Assembly (NCBI GenBank): GCA_010028705.1 | Contig: RHAI01000001.1 | Location: forward strand, 3,104-67,103 | Length of the DNA stretch: 64,000 nt | From: a bacterium | GTDB taxonomy: Bacteria > Margulisbacteria > Marinamargulisbacteria > SXXA01 | Direction: 5' to 3' | Shown: positions 17,372 to 28,034 of the stretch, piece after piece | Numbering within the stretch: the stretch's first letter is position 1 | Layout: the number at the start of each line of letters is the position of its first letter | Notes under the pieces: model-generated | Told to the model about the DNA's origin: nothing | What the model saw: only the letters and a program-made list of their open reading frames with translations | The model's database searches: none | Translations under genes and position numbers: made by a program

Positions 17372-20170
17372 ATGACAACTCTTTTTCCCGACGATTTATT
17401 TGCTGACCGACATATTGGCCCCAAAGGCCAGGATCTCACAACTCTACTGGACCGAATTGGCGTAGGATCACTCGACGAACTGACCCAACTCACCGTCCCA
17501 GCCGCAATCCTGAGGAACCGCCCACTCGCGACTGGCGACGCATTAACCGAACGAGAGCTTTTGGATGAACTTCACCAAATCGCCTATAAAAATAAAATAT
17601 TATCCAACTTCATTGGGGGAGGATATTACGGAACAGTTACCCCCCCAGTCATTCGCCGAAATGTCACCGAAAATCCCGGTTGGTACACGGCATACACCCC
17701 GTATCAAGCGGAGATCGCTCAAGGCCGTTTAGAAGCATTATTTAATTTCCAAACCGTCATTGCCGAATTAACGGGCTTGCCGATTGCGAATGCGTCCCTT
17801 CTCGACGAAGCCACTGCGGCGGCGGAAGCCATGACACTCGCCTATCGATCAGGGAATGGGGCTCGCCGATTTTTTGTATCGACTCGCTGCTTTTCGCAAA
17901 CAATCGAGGTCATTCGCTTGCGCGCCGAACCGTTACATATCGAGGTCGAAGTCGGCGATGTTGACGAGTTTGTTCCATCCACTGATTACTTTGGCGTACT
18001 CATTCAATATCCCGCCCATGACGGGACCATCACCGACTTTAAACAACTGGTTTCTGACGCTCATGCTCATCGCATTCAGGTTACTGTGGCCGCTGACATA
18101 TTAAGCTTGACGTTACTTGTTCCGCCAGGTGAGTGGGGCGCCGACATCGTTGTGGGTTCAACTCAGCGATTGGGAGTACCCATGGGATATGGGGGGCCTC
18201 ATGCCGCATTCTTTGCGACCAAAGACGAATTCAAGCGGCAAATCCCGGGTCGAATCATCGGAGCGTCGGTCGATCGCCTAGGGAACCCGGCATTCCGAAT
18301 GGCCCTCCAAACTCGGGAACAACATATCCGTCGCGAGAAAGCCACATCCAACATTTGCACCGCCCAAGCGTTATTGGCCATTATGGCATCGTTTTATTCC
18401 ATCTATCACGGACCCGATGGACTCAAACGAATAGCGACTCGAATCCACCAATTGGCTCATTGGGCGGCACGGTCGATTGGGTCACTCGGATTTTCAATCG
18501 CGTCGGCCAGCTATTTCGATACCGTTTCCGTTACCGTGGCATCCGCCACTCAATTGAGTGAGGAAGCGATAAAACGGGGCATCAATATCCGGATAATCGA
18601 CGCCACAACCGTTGCATTCAGTGTTGACGAAACTCACTCGGTACATGACCTTGAGCAACTGGTGAGTGTATTCGAGGCGGTGTCTGGCCAATCCCTAGCG
18701 CCCCACCCATCGTACGAGATTGGAATCCCCACTCATCTCCTCCGAAGGTCCGCATTTATGCAACAACCGGTGTTTAACCGATACCACAGCGAAACTCAGC
18801 TGATGCGCTACATTAAGCAATTGGAAACTAAAGATTTAGCATTAAATACCGCGATGATCCCGCTCGGAAGCTGTACCATGAAACTGAATGCTGCCGCGGA
18901 AATGATCCCCATTACCTGGCGTAATTTTTCACAGCTCCACCCCTTTGTTCCAGTGAATCAAGCCGAAGGGTACCGCATCATATTTGATCGATTGTCCGAC
19001 GCCCTGTGCGAATCTACCGGATTTGCGGCGTGTTCATTACAGCCGAATTCGGGCGCTCAAGGTGAGTACGCGGGTCTTATGGTGATCCGCGCGTACCACC
19101 ACTACCGAGGGGATGCGCATCGAACGATTGCGCTCATTCCATCGTCTGCCCACGGAACAAACCCGGCCAGTGCCGCATTGGCGGGATTGGAGATTGTGAT
19201 TGTATCCTGCGACGACCAGGGTAATATCGATGTCGATGATCTCCGAGCGAAAGCCATTCAATACTCCGATCGATTAAGCGTGTTAATGGTGACCTACCCC
19301 TCCACCCATGGCGTGTTTGAATCAGAGATTCAAACGATCTGTGAGATTATTCACCAGAACGGCGGACAAGTGTACATGGACGGGGCCAACATGAATGCCC
19401 AAGTGGGGCTGACCTCTCCCGCCTTGATTGGCGCTGACGTCTGCCACATCAACCTTCACAAAACATTTTCTATTCCTCACGGGGGGGGTGGCCCCGGAAT
19501 GGGACCGATTTGTGTTGCCGCTCACCTTGAACCGTTTTTGCCCGGGCATCCATTCGTCGACCTTGGCCATTCCCATGCCACCCGTCCCGTATCCGCCGCC
19601 CCATGGGGAAGCGCCTCCATTTTAATTATTTCGTACGCGTATATTCGGATGATGGGTGGCGCGGGCTTGACCCGCGCTACCCAGGTGGCGATTGCCAACG
19701 CAAATTACATCAAAGAGCGACTGGCACCCCATTATGACGTGTTATATGTCGGCCAAAATGGACGGGTTGCCCATGAATTAATATTAAATTTCCAACCATT
19801 CAAAAAACAGGGAAAAATCGAAGTTGAAGATATTGCCAAACGACTCATCGACTATGGATTTCATGCTCCAACCGTTTCTTTTCCAGTGGCATTTTGTGAC
19901 GCCATGATTTCCATCCGATCAGAAATTGACGCGATAATCGAGGGATCCGCCGATGCCACACACAATGTCCTGAAAAACGCCCCACATACAGCCGCCGAAG
20001 CAATCGCAACGGACTGGGGGCACCCTTACTCACGAGAGACCGCCGTATACCCACCCGGGGTCAACCGATCCACGAAATTCTGGCCATCGGTCGCGAGGAT
20101 CGACGGCGCCTATGGAGATCGGAATTTAGTCTGCACCTGTGCACCGATCGAAACGTACGTTACCGCCTAG
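17372..20170 (+). CDS. gcvP: Glycine dehydrogenase (decarboxylating), single-chain P-protein
   Basis: A 932 aa ORF. The N-terminus (FADRHIGP...) is typical of GcvP, and the PLP-lysine region reads [22 protein letters not shown]. It is preceded by a 312-nt leader. Confidence 0.9.
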   Translation: MTTLFPDDLFADRHIGPKGQDLTTLLDRIGVGSLDELTQLTVPAAILRNRPLATGDALTERELLDELHQIAYKNKILSNFIGGGYYGTVTPPVIRRNVTENPGWYTAYTPYQAEIAQGRLEALFNFQTVIAELTGLPIANASLLDEATAAAEAMTLAYRSGNGARRFFVSTRCFSQTIEVIRLRAEPLHIEVEVGDVDEFVPSTDYFGVLIQYPAHDGTITDFKQLVSDAHAHRIQVTVAADILSLTLLVPPGEWGADIVVGSTQRLGVPMGYGGPHAAFFATKDEFKRQIPGRIIGASVDRLGNPAFRMALQTREQHIRREKATSNICTAQALLAIMASFYSIYHGPDGLKRIATRIHQLAHWAARSIGSLGFSIASASYFDTVSVTVASATQLSEEAIKRGINIRIIDATTVAFSVDETHSVHDLEQLVSVFEAVSGQSLAPHPSYEIGIPTHLLRRSAFMQQPVFNRYHSETQLMRYIKQLETKDLALNTAMIPLGSCTMKLNAAAEMIPITWRNFSQLHPFVPVNQAEGYRIIFDRLSDALCESTGFAACSLQPNSGAQGEYAGLMVIRAYHHYRGDAHRTIALIPSSAHGTNPASAALAGLEIVIVSCDDQGNIDVDDLRAKAIQYSDRLSVLMVTYPSTHGVFESEIQTICEIIHQNGGQVYMDGANMNAQVGLTSPALIGADVCHINLHKTFSIPHGGGGPGMGPICVAAHLEPFLPGHPFVDLGHSHATRPVSAAPWGSASILIISYAYIRMMGGAGLTRATQVAIANANYIKERLAPHYDVLYVGQNGRVAHELILNFQPFKKQGKIEVEDIAKRLIDYGFHAPTVSFPVAFCDAMISIRSEIDAIIEGSADATHNVLKNAPHTAAEAIATDWGHPYSRETAVYPPGVNRSTKFWPSVARIDGAYGDRNLVCTCAPIETYVTA

Positions 20171-20172
20171 GT

Positions 20173-20631
20173 ATGTTATCCAAAAAAACAAAATACGCCA
20201 TCAGTGCATTGCGAATCCTCGCCCGCCACGCTCACCCTGAGCCGATGTTAATTTCCGACATTGCTCAAAAAGGAGACATTCCTAAAAAATTTTTAGAACT
20301 CATCTTATTGGAGCTGAAAAAACATCACATCCTGGAATCCAAAAAAGGCCAAGGGGGCGGATATTTTTTAAAAATTAATCCTGAAGAGATTAGTATTGGC
20401 CAAATCATTCGAAAACTATCTGGCCCGATCGGTATGGTGTCGTGCGTGAATCGTGACGGATACCTACCCTGTGACGAATGTCCGGGCGAGGATTTATGTG
20501 GGCTGCGGGAAATCATGACCAACGTACTCGATGCAACGTGTCAGATACTCGACAACGAAACGTTGGCTGACTTATTGGTTCGCGAAGACCGCCTATTGCA
20601 GGAAAAGCGCGATTACATGTTTCATATATAG
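20173..20631 (+). CDS. Rrf2-family transcriptional regulator (IscR/NsrR-like) with a Cys-rich C-terminus
   Basis: A 152 aa ORF. The N-terminal wHTH reads MLSKKTKYAISALRILA, and the C-terminus carries a cysteine cluster (CVNRDGYLPCDECPGEDLC). Confidence 0.75.
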   Translation: MLSKKTKYAISALRILARHAHPEPMLISDIAQKGDIPKKFLELILLELKKHHILESKKGQGGGYFLKINPEEISIGQIIRKLSGPIGMVSCVNRDGYLPCDECPGEDLCGLREIMTNVLDATCQILDNETLADLLVREDRLLQEKRDYMFHI

Positions 20632-20633
20632 GT

Positions 20634-22424
20634 ATGGCTGAATTTATTACTGTATCACAACTGACCAAAACAATTGGCACCCGAACCTTGCTCGACAATG
20701 TCTCAGTGACCCTATCCACTGATCAAAAAATAGGGATCATTGGTCGCAACGGTGCTGGAAAAACCACATTTTTTCATATCGTACTTGGTACGGACGAAGC
20801 GACATCGGGAACCATTACCCAAAGTGCGGGATTAACCATCGGCTATCTGCGCCAGCACGACGACTTCAGTGACAGCGAAGCCACGTTAGCCTGGATGGAA
20901 CGAACATCCGGAGCCCCCGCCTGGGAGTGCGCCAAAGCGGCTCACGCCTTTGGAATTACAGACGCCCAATTAGACCAATCGCCGCTCGCCTTATCCGGGG
21001 GGTATCGGATGCGAGTCAAATTAGCGACCATTACCGCCTCCGAACCCAATATGTTGATGCTCGATGAGCCAACGAACTATTTGGACTTAAGCACGTTACT
21101 GTTACTCGAGCGGTTCATCAACACGTTTTCCGGCGGAGTATTGTTGATTTCCCACGATCGGGAGTTTCTCCGGCGCACCTGCGATCACACGCTCGAAGTA
21201 GCCTCCGGCAAACTGGATCTATTTCCTGGAACTATCGACGATTATATCGCTTACAAATCCGAGCGATTGGCCCACGCCGAAGCATTTAATCGAAACGTGG
21301 AAAAAAAGCAGGAGCACCTGGAACGATTTATCACCCGGTTTCGTGCCAAAGCCTCCAAGGCCACTCAAGCCCAATCAAAAATGAAACAGCTGGAAAAATT
21401 ACAAAAAGTAGAGATTGACGCACCCCTCTCGACGGCACGCATTAAATTTCCACTCCAAGAACGCAAAAAGGGGACGGCGCTGGATGTAATGGATCTCGCC
21501 ATAGGGTATCCCAACAAACACGTTGCCGGACCGGTCAATGTGTCGATTGAACGCGGCCAGAGAATTGCCGTACTGGGTGATAATGGCCAAGGGAAATCAA
21601 CATTTCTAAAAACAATCGCCGAGACCCTACGCCCCTTAAACGGTCGGGTCAAGTGGGGCTTCGGCACACAGATCGGATATTTTGCCCAACACGTCTATGA
21701 AGAACTCAATCAACCGCTGACCATTGTCCAATATCTCGAAAAAGAAGCCGATCCATCGGTCCCAAGGCAACAAGTATTAGATACCGCCGGAAGCTTGTTA
21801 TTCAGTGGCGACGACATGCACAAATCGCTGTCAGTATTAAGCGGAGGAGAACGCGCCCGAGTGCTGCTGGCTAAAATAATTTTGTCCAATCCAACCGTGA
21901 TGCTGCTCGACGAGCCCACCAACCACCTGGATTTTGAAACAGTCGAATTGTTGGGCGAAAGCCTCAAGGATTACGCGGGTACGGTGTTGTTTATTAGCCA
22001 CGATCGTACGTTTATCAGCGAAGTTGCCACTGGAGTCATTCATGTCGCCGACGGAAAAATACGCAATTTCCCCGGCCCCTTCGACGAGTTTTTAAGCTAC
22101 CTCAAAAACGTAGTCGCCAGCCAATTGATTAGTGATTCCCCTAAACCCACCTCAAAAAAACAGGCATCCGCGGTGTTGTCTGGAAAAGCACAGCGCGAAC
22201 TCACGAAAAAAATGCAGGGAATCGAGCGTAAAGTCGAAAAATTAGAAGCGGAAAAAAAACAAATTCACCGATTGTTTGCGCTTGAACCCCTCGGATATTC
22301 AGAAGAAAAAACGAACCGTCTCGAGGCCATCGACGCCGAATTAGCGAGCCTTGAATCGGATTGGTTCACTATGAATGAGCGACTTAGCATGTCGAAAGGC
22401 TCTGACAATGTCACCGAGGCCTAA
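20634..22424 (+). CDS. ABC-F family ATPase (two tandem NBDs, no TMD)
   Basis: A 596 aa ORF with two Walker A motifs (GRNGAGKTT; GDNGQGKST) and two signature motifs (LSGGYRMRVKLA; LSGGERARVLLA). A linker and a C-terminal coiled coil are typical of ABC-F proteins. Confidence 0.8.
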   Translation: MAEFITVSQLTKTIGTRTLLDNVSVTLSTDQKIGIIGRNGAGKTTFFHIVLGTDEATSGTITQSAGLTIGYLRQHDDFSDSEATLAWMERTSGAPAWECAKAAHAFGITDAQLDQSPLALSGGYRMRVKLATITASEPNMLMLDEPTNYLDLSTLLLLERFINTFSGGVLLISHDREFLRRTCDHTLEVASGKLDLFPGTIDDYIAYKSERLAHAEAFNRNVEKKQEHLERFITRFRAKASKATQAQSKMKQLEKLQKVEIDAPLSTARIKFPLQERKKGTALDVMDLAIGYPNKHVAGPVNVSIERGQRIAVLGDNGQGKSTFLKTIAETLRPLNGRVKWGFGTQIGYFAQHVYEELNQPLTIVQYLEKEADPSVPRQQVLDTAGSLLFSGDDMHKSLSVLSGGERARVLLAKIILSNPTVMLLDEPTNHLDFETVELLGESLKDYAGTVLFISHDRTFISEVATGVIHVADGKIRNFPGPFDEFLSYLKNVVASQLISDSPKPTSKKQASAVLSGKAQRELTKKMQGIERKVEKLEAEKKQIHRLFALEPLGYSEEKTNRLEAIDAELASLESDWFTMNERLSMSKGSDNVTEA

Positions 22425-23511
22425 ACCACGGGACACGCTGGCTCGGATAGTGCCCTATACCCCGGGTCGGTCAATCGCCGATGTCAAAGCGGCATTGGGA
22501 CTAGAGGCTGTGATAAAATTGGCCTCAAATGAGAATCCTTTCGGTTCGCCCATCAGCCATGACGAACTGATTGAATGTCTCGAGTCAATCGCACTGTACC
22601 CCGACCTGAGCGGGGCCCCGTTAATTGGGGCACTTGCTGCCGAGTTATCGGTCGCCCCTCACCAGATTATCGTGGGCAACGGAAGTGACGAAATTCTCAC
22701 CATGATTGGCCTGGCCTACCTTAATCCTGGGGATCGTGTGCTCACCGCATCGGGCACGTTTTCCGAATATGGGTTTGTGGCCAATCTTATGGATGCCAGT
22801 GTGGATGCCATACCCTACTCGGATTTCACATTTGATCTTGGCCGCATGGCGGAGCAAATTACCGAAACAACAAAATTAATTTTTATTGCCAACCCGAATA
22901 ACCCAACAGGCACCATTGTGTCCACACGGTCATTGACAGAGTTCATGCAGCGTGTGCCTGCGACCACTCTGGTGGTGATCGACGAAGCGTATGCCGAATT
23001 TGTCGATTCTCCCCATTATCCCCGTCCCATTACATGGTTATCCGACTATCCAAATCTGATTGTCACTCGGACGTTTTCAAAAGTATACGGATTGGCTGGT
23101 TTCCGAATTGGATATGCGGTGTCCACAGCGGAAGTGATCGCCACTCTTTATAAAGTTCGCCAACCCTTCAATGTCAACAGCGTTGCACTTGCGGCGGCAT
23201 CCCTTGCCCTGACCAAGCCGGAATTTATTCACCACACGATACAGAATAATCAGACCCAAAAAACTCGGTTAACGGATGCCATTACCGAGATGGGCTTTAG
23301 TGTCATCCCGTCTCATGCTAATTTCATATGTGTTCATATCGGTGTTCATGCCAAACAATGTGTCGATGAATTAATGGCTCGAGGGATTATCATTCGACAC
23401 TTAGCCAGCTTTGGAATGCCTGAACATGTGCGCATTACCATTGGCACTCCCGACCAGATCACGACACTCATCACAGCACTCACTCTACTCGTAGAAGGCA
23501 AATTAATATGA
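22408..23511 (+). CDS. hisC: Histidinol-phosphate aminotransferase
   Basis: The KLASNENPFG motif and a PLP-lysine context (FSKVYGLAGFRIGY) are present. Start chosen at MSPRPK. The longer ORF from 22375 would overlap the ABC-F gene more. Confidence 0.8.
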   Translation: MSPRPKPRDTLARIVPYTPGRSIADVKAALGLEAVIKLASNENPFGSPISHDELIECLESIALYPDLSGAPLIGALAAELSVAPHQIIVGNGSDEILTMIGLAYLNPGDRVLTASGTFSEYGFVANLMDASVDAIPYSDFTFDLGRMAEQITETTKLIFIANPNNPTGTIVSTRSLTEFMQRVPATTLVVIDEAYAEFVDSPHYPRPITWLSDYPNLIVTRTFSKVYGLAGFRIGYAVSTAEVIATLYKVRQPFNVNSVALAAASLALTKPEFIHHTIQNNQTQKTRLTDAITEMGFSVIPSHANFICVHIGVHAKQCVDELMARGIIIRHLASFGMPEHVRITIGTPDQITTLITALTLLVEGKLI

Positions 23512-24605
23512 AAACTATCCCAATCAAAATTAACTTCAAAAATCATCCAGTACACGTGGGGGTCAACCTGATCGCGAAGGTACCTCAATGGATAGATAAC
23601 GAAACTGCAAGCCGAAAGGTAGCCATCGTCACCCATCCTGAGTTAGTCAATTTGGCCGCCCCCTTGATGGAGGCGCTCCGAGACAGTGATTACTCACCAT
23701 CGTTAATCACGATTCCATCGGGTGAATCGAGTAAATCAATGGACACCGCCATGCGAATCATTGATCAACTTCTGGAGCACCAATTTGAACGAAAAGACAC
23801 CGTAATATCATTTGGAGGTGGGGTCGTGGGCGACACCGCCGCATTTGCTGCCAGTATCTATTTGCGGGGAATTAATTTGATACATATCCCGACAACATTA
23901 CTGGCTCAGGTTGATTCGGCCATTGGCGGCAAAACCGGAGTGAATCATTCAAAGGGAAAAAATTTGATTGGCACATTTTATCAACCATTATTTACGGTAG
24001 TTGATTTTACATTGTTGGCCACGCTACCCGAACGAGAAATCAAATGCGGGCTGGCTGAAATAGTAAAGTATGGCATTATCGGAAATGCCGGCCTATTTAA
24101 ATACATCGAAACCCACGTCGATAAAATTAAGGCATGCAATATCACTCGTGACTCCGATATTTGGGCCCATTTGATCACTCGGTCCGTCGCTGACAAAGCC
24201 CAAGTGGTGACCCAAGATGAAAAAGAATCAGGGCGGCGTGAGATACTCAATTTTGGGCACACCATCGGCCATGGCGTTGAAGCCGCATCTGGGTATGGGC
24301 GATATCTTCACGGAGAGGCCGTAGCCATTGGCATGATCGGCGCCACGCGACTGGCAGAAACCATGGGGTTTCTGGATTCTAAAACAGCCATTCGCATCGA
24401 TAATTTGATACTCGCACTGGGTTACGACACGACGATCGATTCATCAGTCACACTATCGGAGGTCATGAGGGCGATGCGCTTGGACAAAAAAGTCCGCAAC
24501 GGTAAGATGCGATTTGTATTGCCATTTGGAATTGGCGACGTCGAAACAGTGTCCGACATTGATGAATTAATGGTGACGGAAATTATTGAAGGGCTCTATG
24601 CATGA
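23508..24605 (+). CDS. aroB: 3-dehydroquinate synthase
   Basis: A 365 aa ORF with [45 protein letters not shown] and a downstream metal-binding His pair. It overlaps hisC by 4 nt. Confidence 0.85.
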   Translation: MKTIPIKINFKNHPVHVGVNLIAKVPQWIDNETASRKVAIVTHPELVNLAAPLMEALRDSDYSPSLITIPSGESSKSMDTAMRIIDQLLEHQFERKDTVISFGGGVVGDTAAFAASIYLRGINLIHIPTTLLAQVDSAIGGKTGVNHSKGKNLIGTFYQPLFTVVDFTLLATLPEREIKCGLAEIVKYGIIGNAGLFKYIETHVDKIKACNITRDSDIWAHLITRSVADKAQVVTQDEKESGRREILNFGHTIGHGVEAASGYGRYLHGEAVAIGMIGATRLAETMGFLDSKTAIRIDNLILALGYDTTIDSSVTLSEVMRAMRLDKKVRNGKMRFVLPFGIGDVETVSDIDELMVTEIIEGLYA

Positions 24606-25030
24606 AAATACTCGTGATCCATGGACCCAATCTGAATATGTTAGGCACTCGAGAACCCTCAGTCTACGGCTCCATTACCCTTGAATCATTGAACGATACA
24701 TTGATTCAAAAAGCCAAATCACTCAATGTTGAACTGGATGTCTTTCAATCAAACAGTGAGGGCGGGCTGATCAACAAGATACAACACGCCCCCCAAAACT
24801 ATGACGCGCTTATTGTAAATCCCGCCGCATATACTCATACCAGCATCGCCATTCGGGATGCACTAGCCAGCATTTCTATTCCCAAGGTTGAAGTGCATTT
24901 ATCCAACATTCACGCCCGCGAAGAATTTCGCCATCGGTCGGTTACGGCGGGGGTATGTCAGGGCCAAATTTCAGGTTTCGGCGTCAAAAGCTACCTAATG
25001 GCACTCTACTATCTAACAGAATTGAATTAA
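24602..25030 (+). CDS. aroQ: Type II 3-dehydroquinate dehydratase
   Basis: A 142 aa ORF: [23 protein letters not shown]...[13 protein letters not shown]. It overlaps aroB by 4 nt. Confidence 0.85.
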   Translation: MKILVIHGPNLNMLGTREPSVYGSITLESLNDTLIQKAKSLNVELDVFQSNSEGGLINKIQHAPQNYDALIVNPAAYTHTSIAIRDALASISIPKVEVHLSNIHAREEFRHRSVTAGVCQGQISGFGVKSYLMALYYLTELN

Positions 25031-25066
25031 CACCCTACGCGCATATTAACGGCCGACTCCGGCAAC

Positions 25067-26602
25067 CTAGACTCGGCCTTTGTACTTATTGTAATCAATT
25101 TGCAATGTGGAAATTTTGTATCCGATGATTCGCTGGGTTGTTTTAAGCATATCAGCGGCCTTAGATTTGTTTCCTCGCGTCTTTTTTAAGGCGTCTATAA
25201 TTAATTCACGCTCAAAATTATTCACCATTTCCTCATAGGTTAAATCTTCCGACACCGACAGGCTGGTATCACTACGTTGCAACGTCGGAGGAAGGTCCCG
25301 CGCTTGGATGGTATCCGTTCGGCAGACCAAAACGGCTCGCTCGATACAATTTTCCAATTCACGAACGTTACCTGGCCATTGATAACTCGTTAACAAATCG
25401 ATGGCTAATGACGAAATTCGAGTAATTTGCTTTTCATTCTCCCGAGAAAATTTATCGAGAAAATGCTCCGCCAATAGTAAAACATCGGTTTTACGATCCT
25501 TTAACGATGGCAAAAAAATGGGGAATACATTGAGCCGATAATAGAGATCCTCACGAAACCGTTTGCTTACTAATTCGGATTCTAAATCGCGATTGGTCGC
25601 CGTTACCACACGAACATTTACCTTAATCGGTTTTAAGCCCCCCACACGCTCAATTTCTTTTTCTTGTAAGACGCGGAGTAATTTAACCTGCACGGCGGGT
25701 GCCAGCTCGCCAATTTCATCAAGAAAAATAGTACCGCCATTTGCTAGTTCAAATTTCCCCACCTTAGTGTCGTGCGCATCGGTAAACGCCCCTTTTTCGT
25801 AGCCGAACAATTCGGACTCGATCAGACTTTCAGGAATAGCGCCACAATTGATTTTAATAAACGGCTTCGTCGAGCGGGGTGACGTATAATGAATCGCGTG
25901 TGCCACCAATTCTTTACCTGTTCCACTTTCGCCCCGAATCAAGACTGTTGCGTTTGAATTGGCGACTTGAATAATACTTTCATACACCTGATGCATCGAG
26001 GAACTATTTCCAATCATGTTATGAATGTTGTACTTATCTTTAAGCTCATCTCGAAGCAACACATTTTCACGACGCAATGCCTCTTTTTCAATTTCGAGCA
26101 TTTTTTTTAGCTTAATTTCCTGGGCAATTAGCAAACATACCGTCGACAACAACCCCAGCCGATCATTTACATCGACGGTGGTCTGGGGAACGAACACGCT
26201 CAGGGTTCCGATGTTTTCCTCTCCCAAGACTATGGGTAAGCACACAATGCCATACCCGGGCATTTCTTCGTCAGAATCCATGGGTACGTTGCAAATTCCA
26301 GATTTCACCTCCGAAATCCGCTCCACCTGATTAGATTCAAGGACTTTACTCGTCAATATTTCTAAAACTTTAAATACAGATTTCCGACGATCTTTTTCGG
26401 TGAGCCCATAGCCTATTTCGATATAATATTCATCCGTGTAATTATCGCGAAGAATCAAAACACCTTTTTTAAGATGAATATGATCTTCCAGTAGGCTAAA
26501 AATACTTGATAGAGTGTCTTTTAGATTTAGTGATGTCGTTAGGAGGCTACTAATTGAATGCAACAATTGCAATTGATCAATGGAATTTTCAATGGGAGCC
26601 AT
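25067..26602 (-). CDS. Sigma-54-dependent transcriptional activator with an N-terminal GAF domain (NifA/FhlA-like)
   Basis: A 511 aa ORF. The AAA+ sigma-54 interaction domain has GESGTGKELVAHAIHYTS, a GAFTDA loop and Walker B FLDEIGEL. The C-terminal Fis-type HTH reads KSKAADMLKTTQRIIGYK. The N-terminal half is GAF-like. Confidence 0.8.
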   Translation of the reverse strand: MAPIENSIDQLQLLHSISSLLTTSLNLKDTLSSIFSLLEDHIHLKKGVLILRDNYTDEYYIEIGYGLTEKDRRKSVFKVLEILTSKVLESNQVERISEVKSGICNVPMDSDEEMPGYGIVCLPIVLGEENIGTLSVFVPQTTVDVNDRLGLLSTVCLLIAQEIKLKKMLEIEKEALRRENVLLRDELKDKYNIHNMIGNSSSMHQVYESIIQVANSNATVLIRGESGTGKELVAHAIHYTSPRSTKPFIKINCGAIPESLIESELFGYEKGAFTDAHDTKVGKFELANGGTIFLDEIGELAPAVQVKLLRVLQEKEIERVGGLKPIKVNVRVVTATNRDLESELVSKRFREDLYYRLNVFPIFLPSLKDRKTDVLLLAEHFLDKFSRENEKQITRISSLAIDLLTSYQWPGNVRELENCIERAVLVCRTDTIQARDLPPTLQRSDTSLSVSEDLTYEEMVNNFERELIIDALKKTRGNKSKAADMLKTTQRIIGYKISTLQIDYNKYKGRV

Positions 26603-26623
26603 TCTATCACCTTATTAAACTGT

Positions 26624-26713
26624 TGGTGCCGAGGGCCGGACTTGAACCGGCACGACCGGATTAGGGTCAACGGATTTTAAGTCCGTCGTGTCTACCAATT
26701 TCACCACCCCGGC
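26624..26713 (-). tRNA. tRNA-Leu (anticodon TAA), class II with a long variable arm
   Basis: The reverse complement reads GCCGGGGTGGTGAAATTGGTAGACACGACGGACTTAAAATCCGTTGACCCTAATCCGGTCGTGCCGGTTCAAGTCCGGCCCTCGGCACCA. It has a D-arm, an anticodon loop CTTAAAA, the GGTTCAAGTCC T-arm and a CCA end. Confidence 0.85.
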
Positions 26714-26744
26714 TAAGTAGGTAGGGAAGGCAGCCATGATATCA

Positions 26745-28034
26745 CTAAATTGGCGTGGACTGAAGCCGTATATCAACGCTCAATTGATGGGCATCAAACC
26801 CTTCCATAGTGGTTAGTGGTCTCATATCATTAGCCACGTCGCTCAACGCCTGTTCAGAGTACCGACAAATGGCTGAATATTTCATAAAATCCATGACCCC
26901 CAACGGTGACGAAAAGCGGGCCGCTGAGGCGGTCGGTAATACGTGATTCGGCCCCGCTATGTAATCGCCAAGGGCCACCGGAGTAAACGGCCCCAAAAAA
27001 ATAGAACCGGCGTGACGGATGTTCGGCAACAGAGTGTCGGCATCATCGACTAATAGCACCAGATGTTCCGAGGCCACCGTATTAATCATTTCGATCGCAT
27101 CGGCCAGTGTGTCGGTGACAACCACTGACGAATGGCAAACCGATTGCGCAATAATATCGCGTCGCTTGCAGTGATTTATGACCTCACGAAACGCCTCAAC
27201 TATCGCCGTCGCGCATACGGCTGAGGGGGTCACCGATACCGCACGCGCATCCGGGTCATGCTCCAGTTGCGCGAGCATTTCAGCCGCTGCAAACCGCGCG
27301 TAACGGGCATCGGTCACTAAAATCGCCACTTCCGACGGCCCGGCAGGTTTATCAATATCGACCACGCCATACACCCGTTGTTTGGCACCGTCGACATATT
27401 TATTACCTGGCCCCACGATTTTATCGACTTTAGGAACGGACTCGGTACCATACGCCATGGCAAAAATGGCTTGGGCACCGCCAGACTTAATGACTGTGGA
27501 TACTCCACAAACACTGGCTGCCGCCAAAATAGCATCCGGAATCTGACCATCTGCCTGTGGGGGCGTAGCCATAACGATATGATCGACCCCAGCAATACGA
27601 GCGGGTATCGCATTCATTAGTACACTCGACGGATATATCGCGCGGCCACCTGGCACATACAACCCGACGGAATCCAAGGCGCGATACTGGAGTCCGTAGT
27701 CAACACCCGCTCGTGGCTGCTTCCGCCAACTGGTGGGGAGTTGGTGGCGATGATAGTCTGAAATATTGCGATGAGCGATCGTCAGTGCCGCCATAAATTC
27801 CCGAGGCACTCGGGTAGTGGCCGACTCAATCTCATCCGAAGTGACCACTAATTTGAACCCGGGAGCACTCACTCGATCAAAGCGTCTCGCGTAGTCATGA
27901 AGGGCAGCATCGCCCCGTTGAAGGACCTGACTCTGAATGTCCGATACCACGGCTTGTACATCGGGATCCGACGCTGGAGATCCGAGATGCTGGAAGGACT
28001 CACGAAATTCAGCCGCTGTTTGAACCGCTAACAC
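26745..28034 (-). CDS. hisD: Histidinol dehydrogenase
   Basis: A 429 aa ORF with HisD-like motifs ([23 protein letters not shown]; SEHL..L). It overlaps the valS stop by 7 nt. Confidence 0.85.
   Translation of the reverse strand: MLAVQTAAEFRESFQHLGSPASDPDVQAVVSDIQSQVLQRGDAALHDYARRFDRVSAPGFKLVVTSDEIESATTRVPREFMAALTIAHRNISDYHRHQLPTSWRKQPRAGVDYGLQYRALDSVGLYVPGGRAIYPSSVLMNAIPARIAGVDHIVMATPPQADGQIPDAILAAASVCGVSTVIKSGGAQAIFAMAYGTESVPKVDKIVGPGNKYVDGAKQRVYGVVDIDKPAGPSEVAILVTDARYARFAAAEMLAQLEHDPDARAVSVTPSAVCATAIVEAFREVINHCKRRDIIAQSVCHSSVVVTDTLADAIEMINTVASEHLVLLVDDADTLLPNIRHAGSIFLGPFTPVALGDYIAGPNHVLPTASAARFSSPLGVMDFMKYSAICRYSEQALSDVANDMRPLTTMEGFDAHQLSVDIRLQSTPI

Noticed and set aside
25031-25066. Short imperfect hairpin (GGCCGA...TCGGCC) between convergent aroQ and the sigma-54 activator as a terminator
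   Set aside because: The stem is only 6 bp with a 16-nt loop and no U-tract on either strand. It is too weak to call.
26603-26744. tRNA-Leu locus as an integration hotspot or mobile-element boundary
   Set aside because: No integrase, direct repeat of the tRNA 3' end, or compositional discontinuity is visible on either side. The flanking genes are core (hisD and a sigma-54 regulator).
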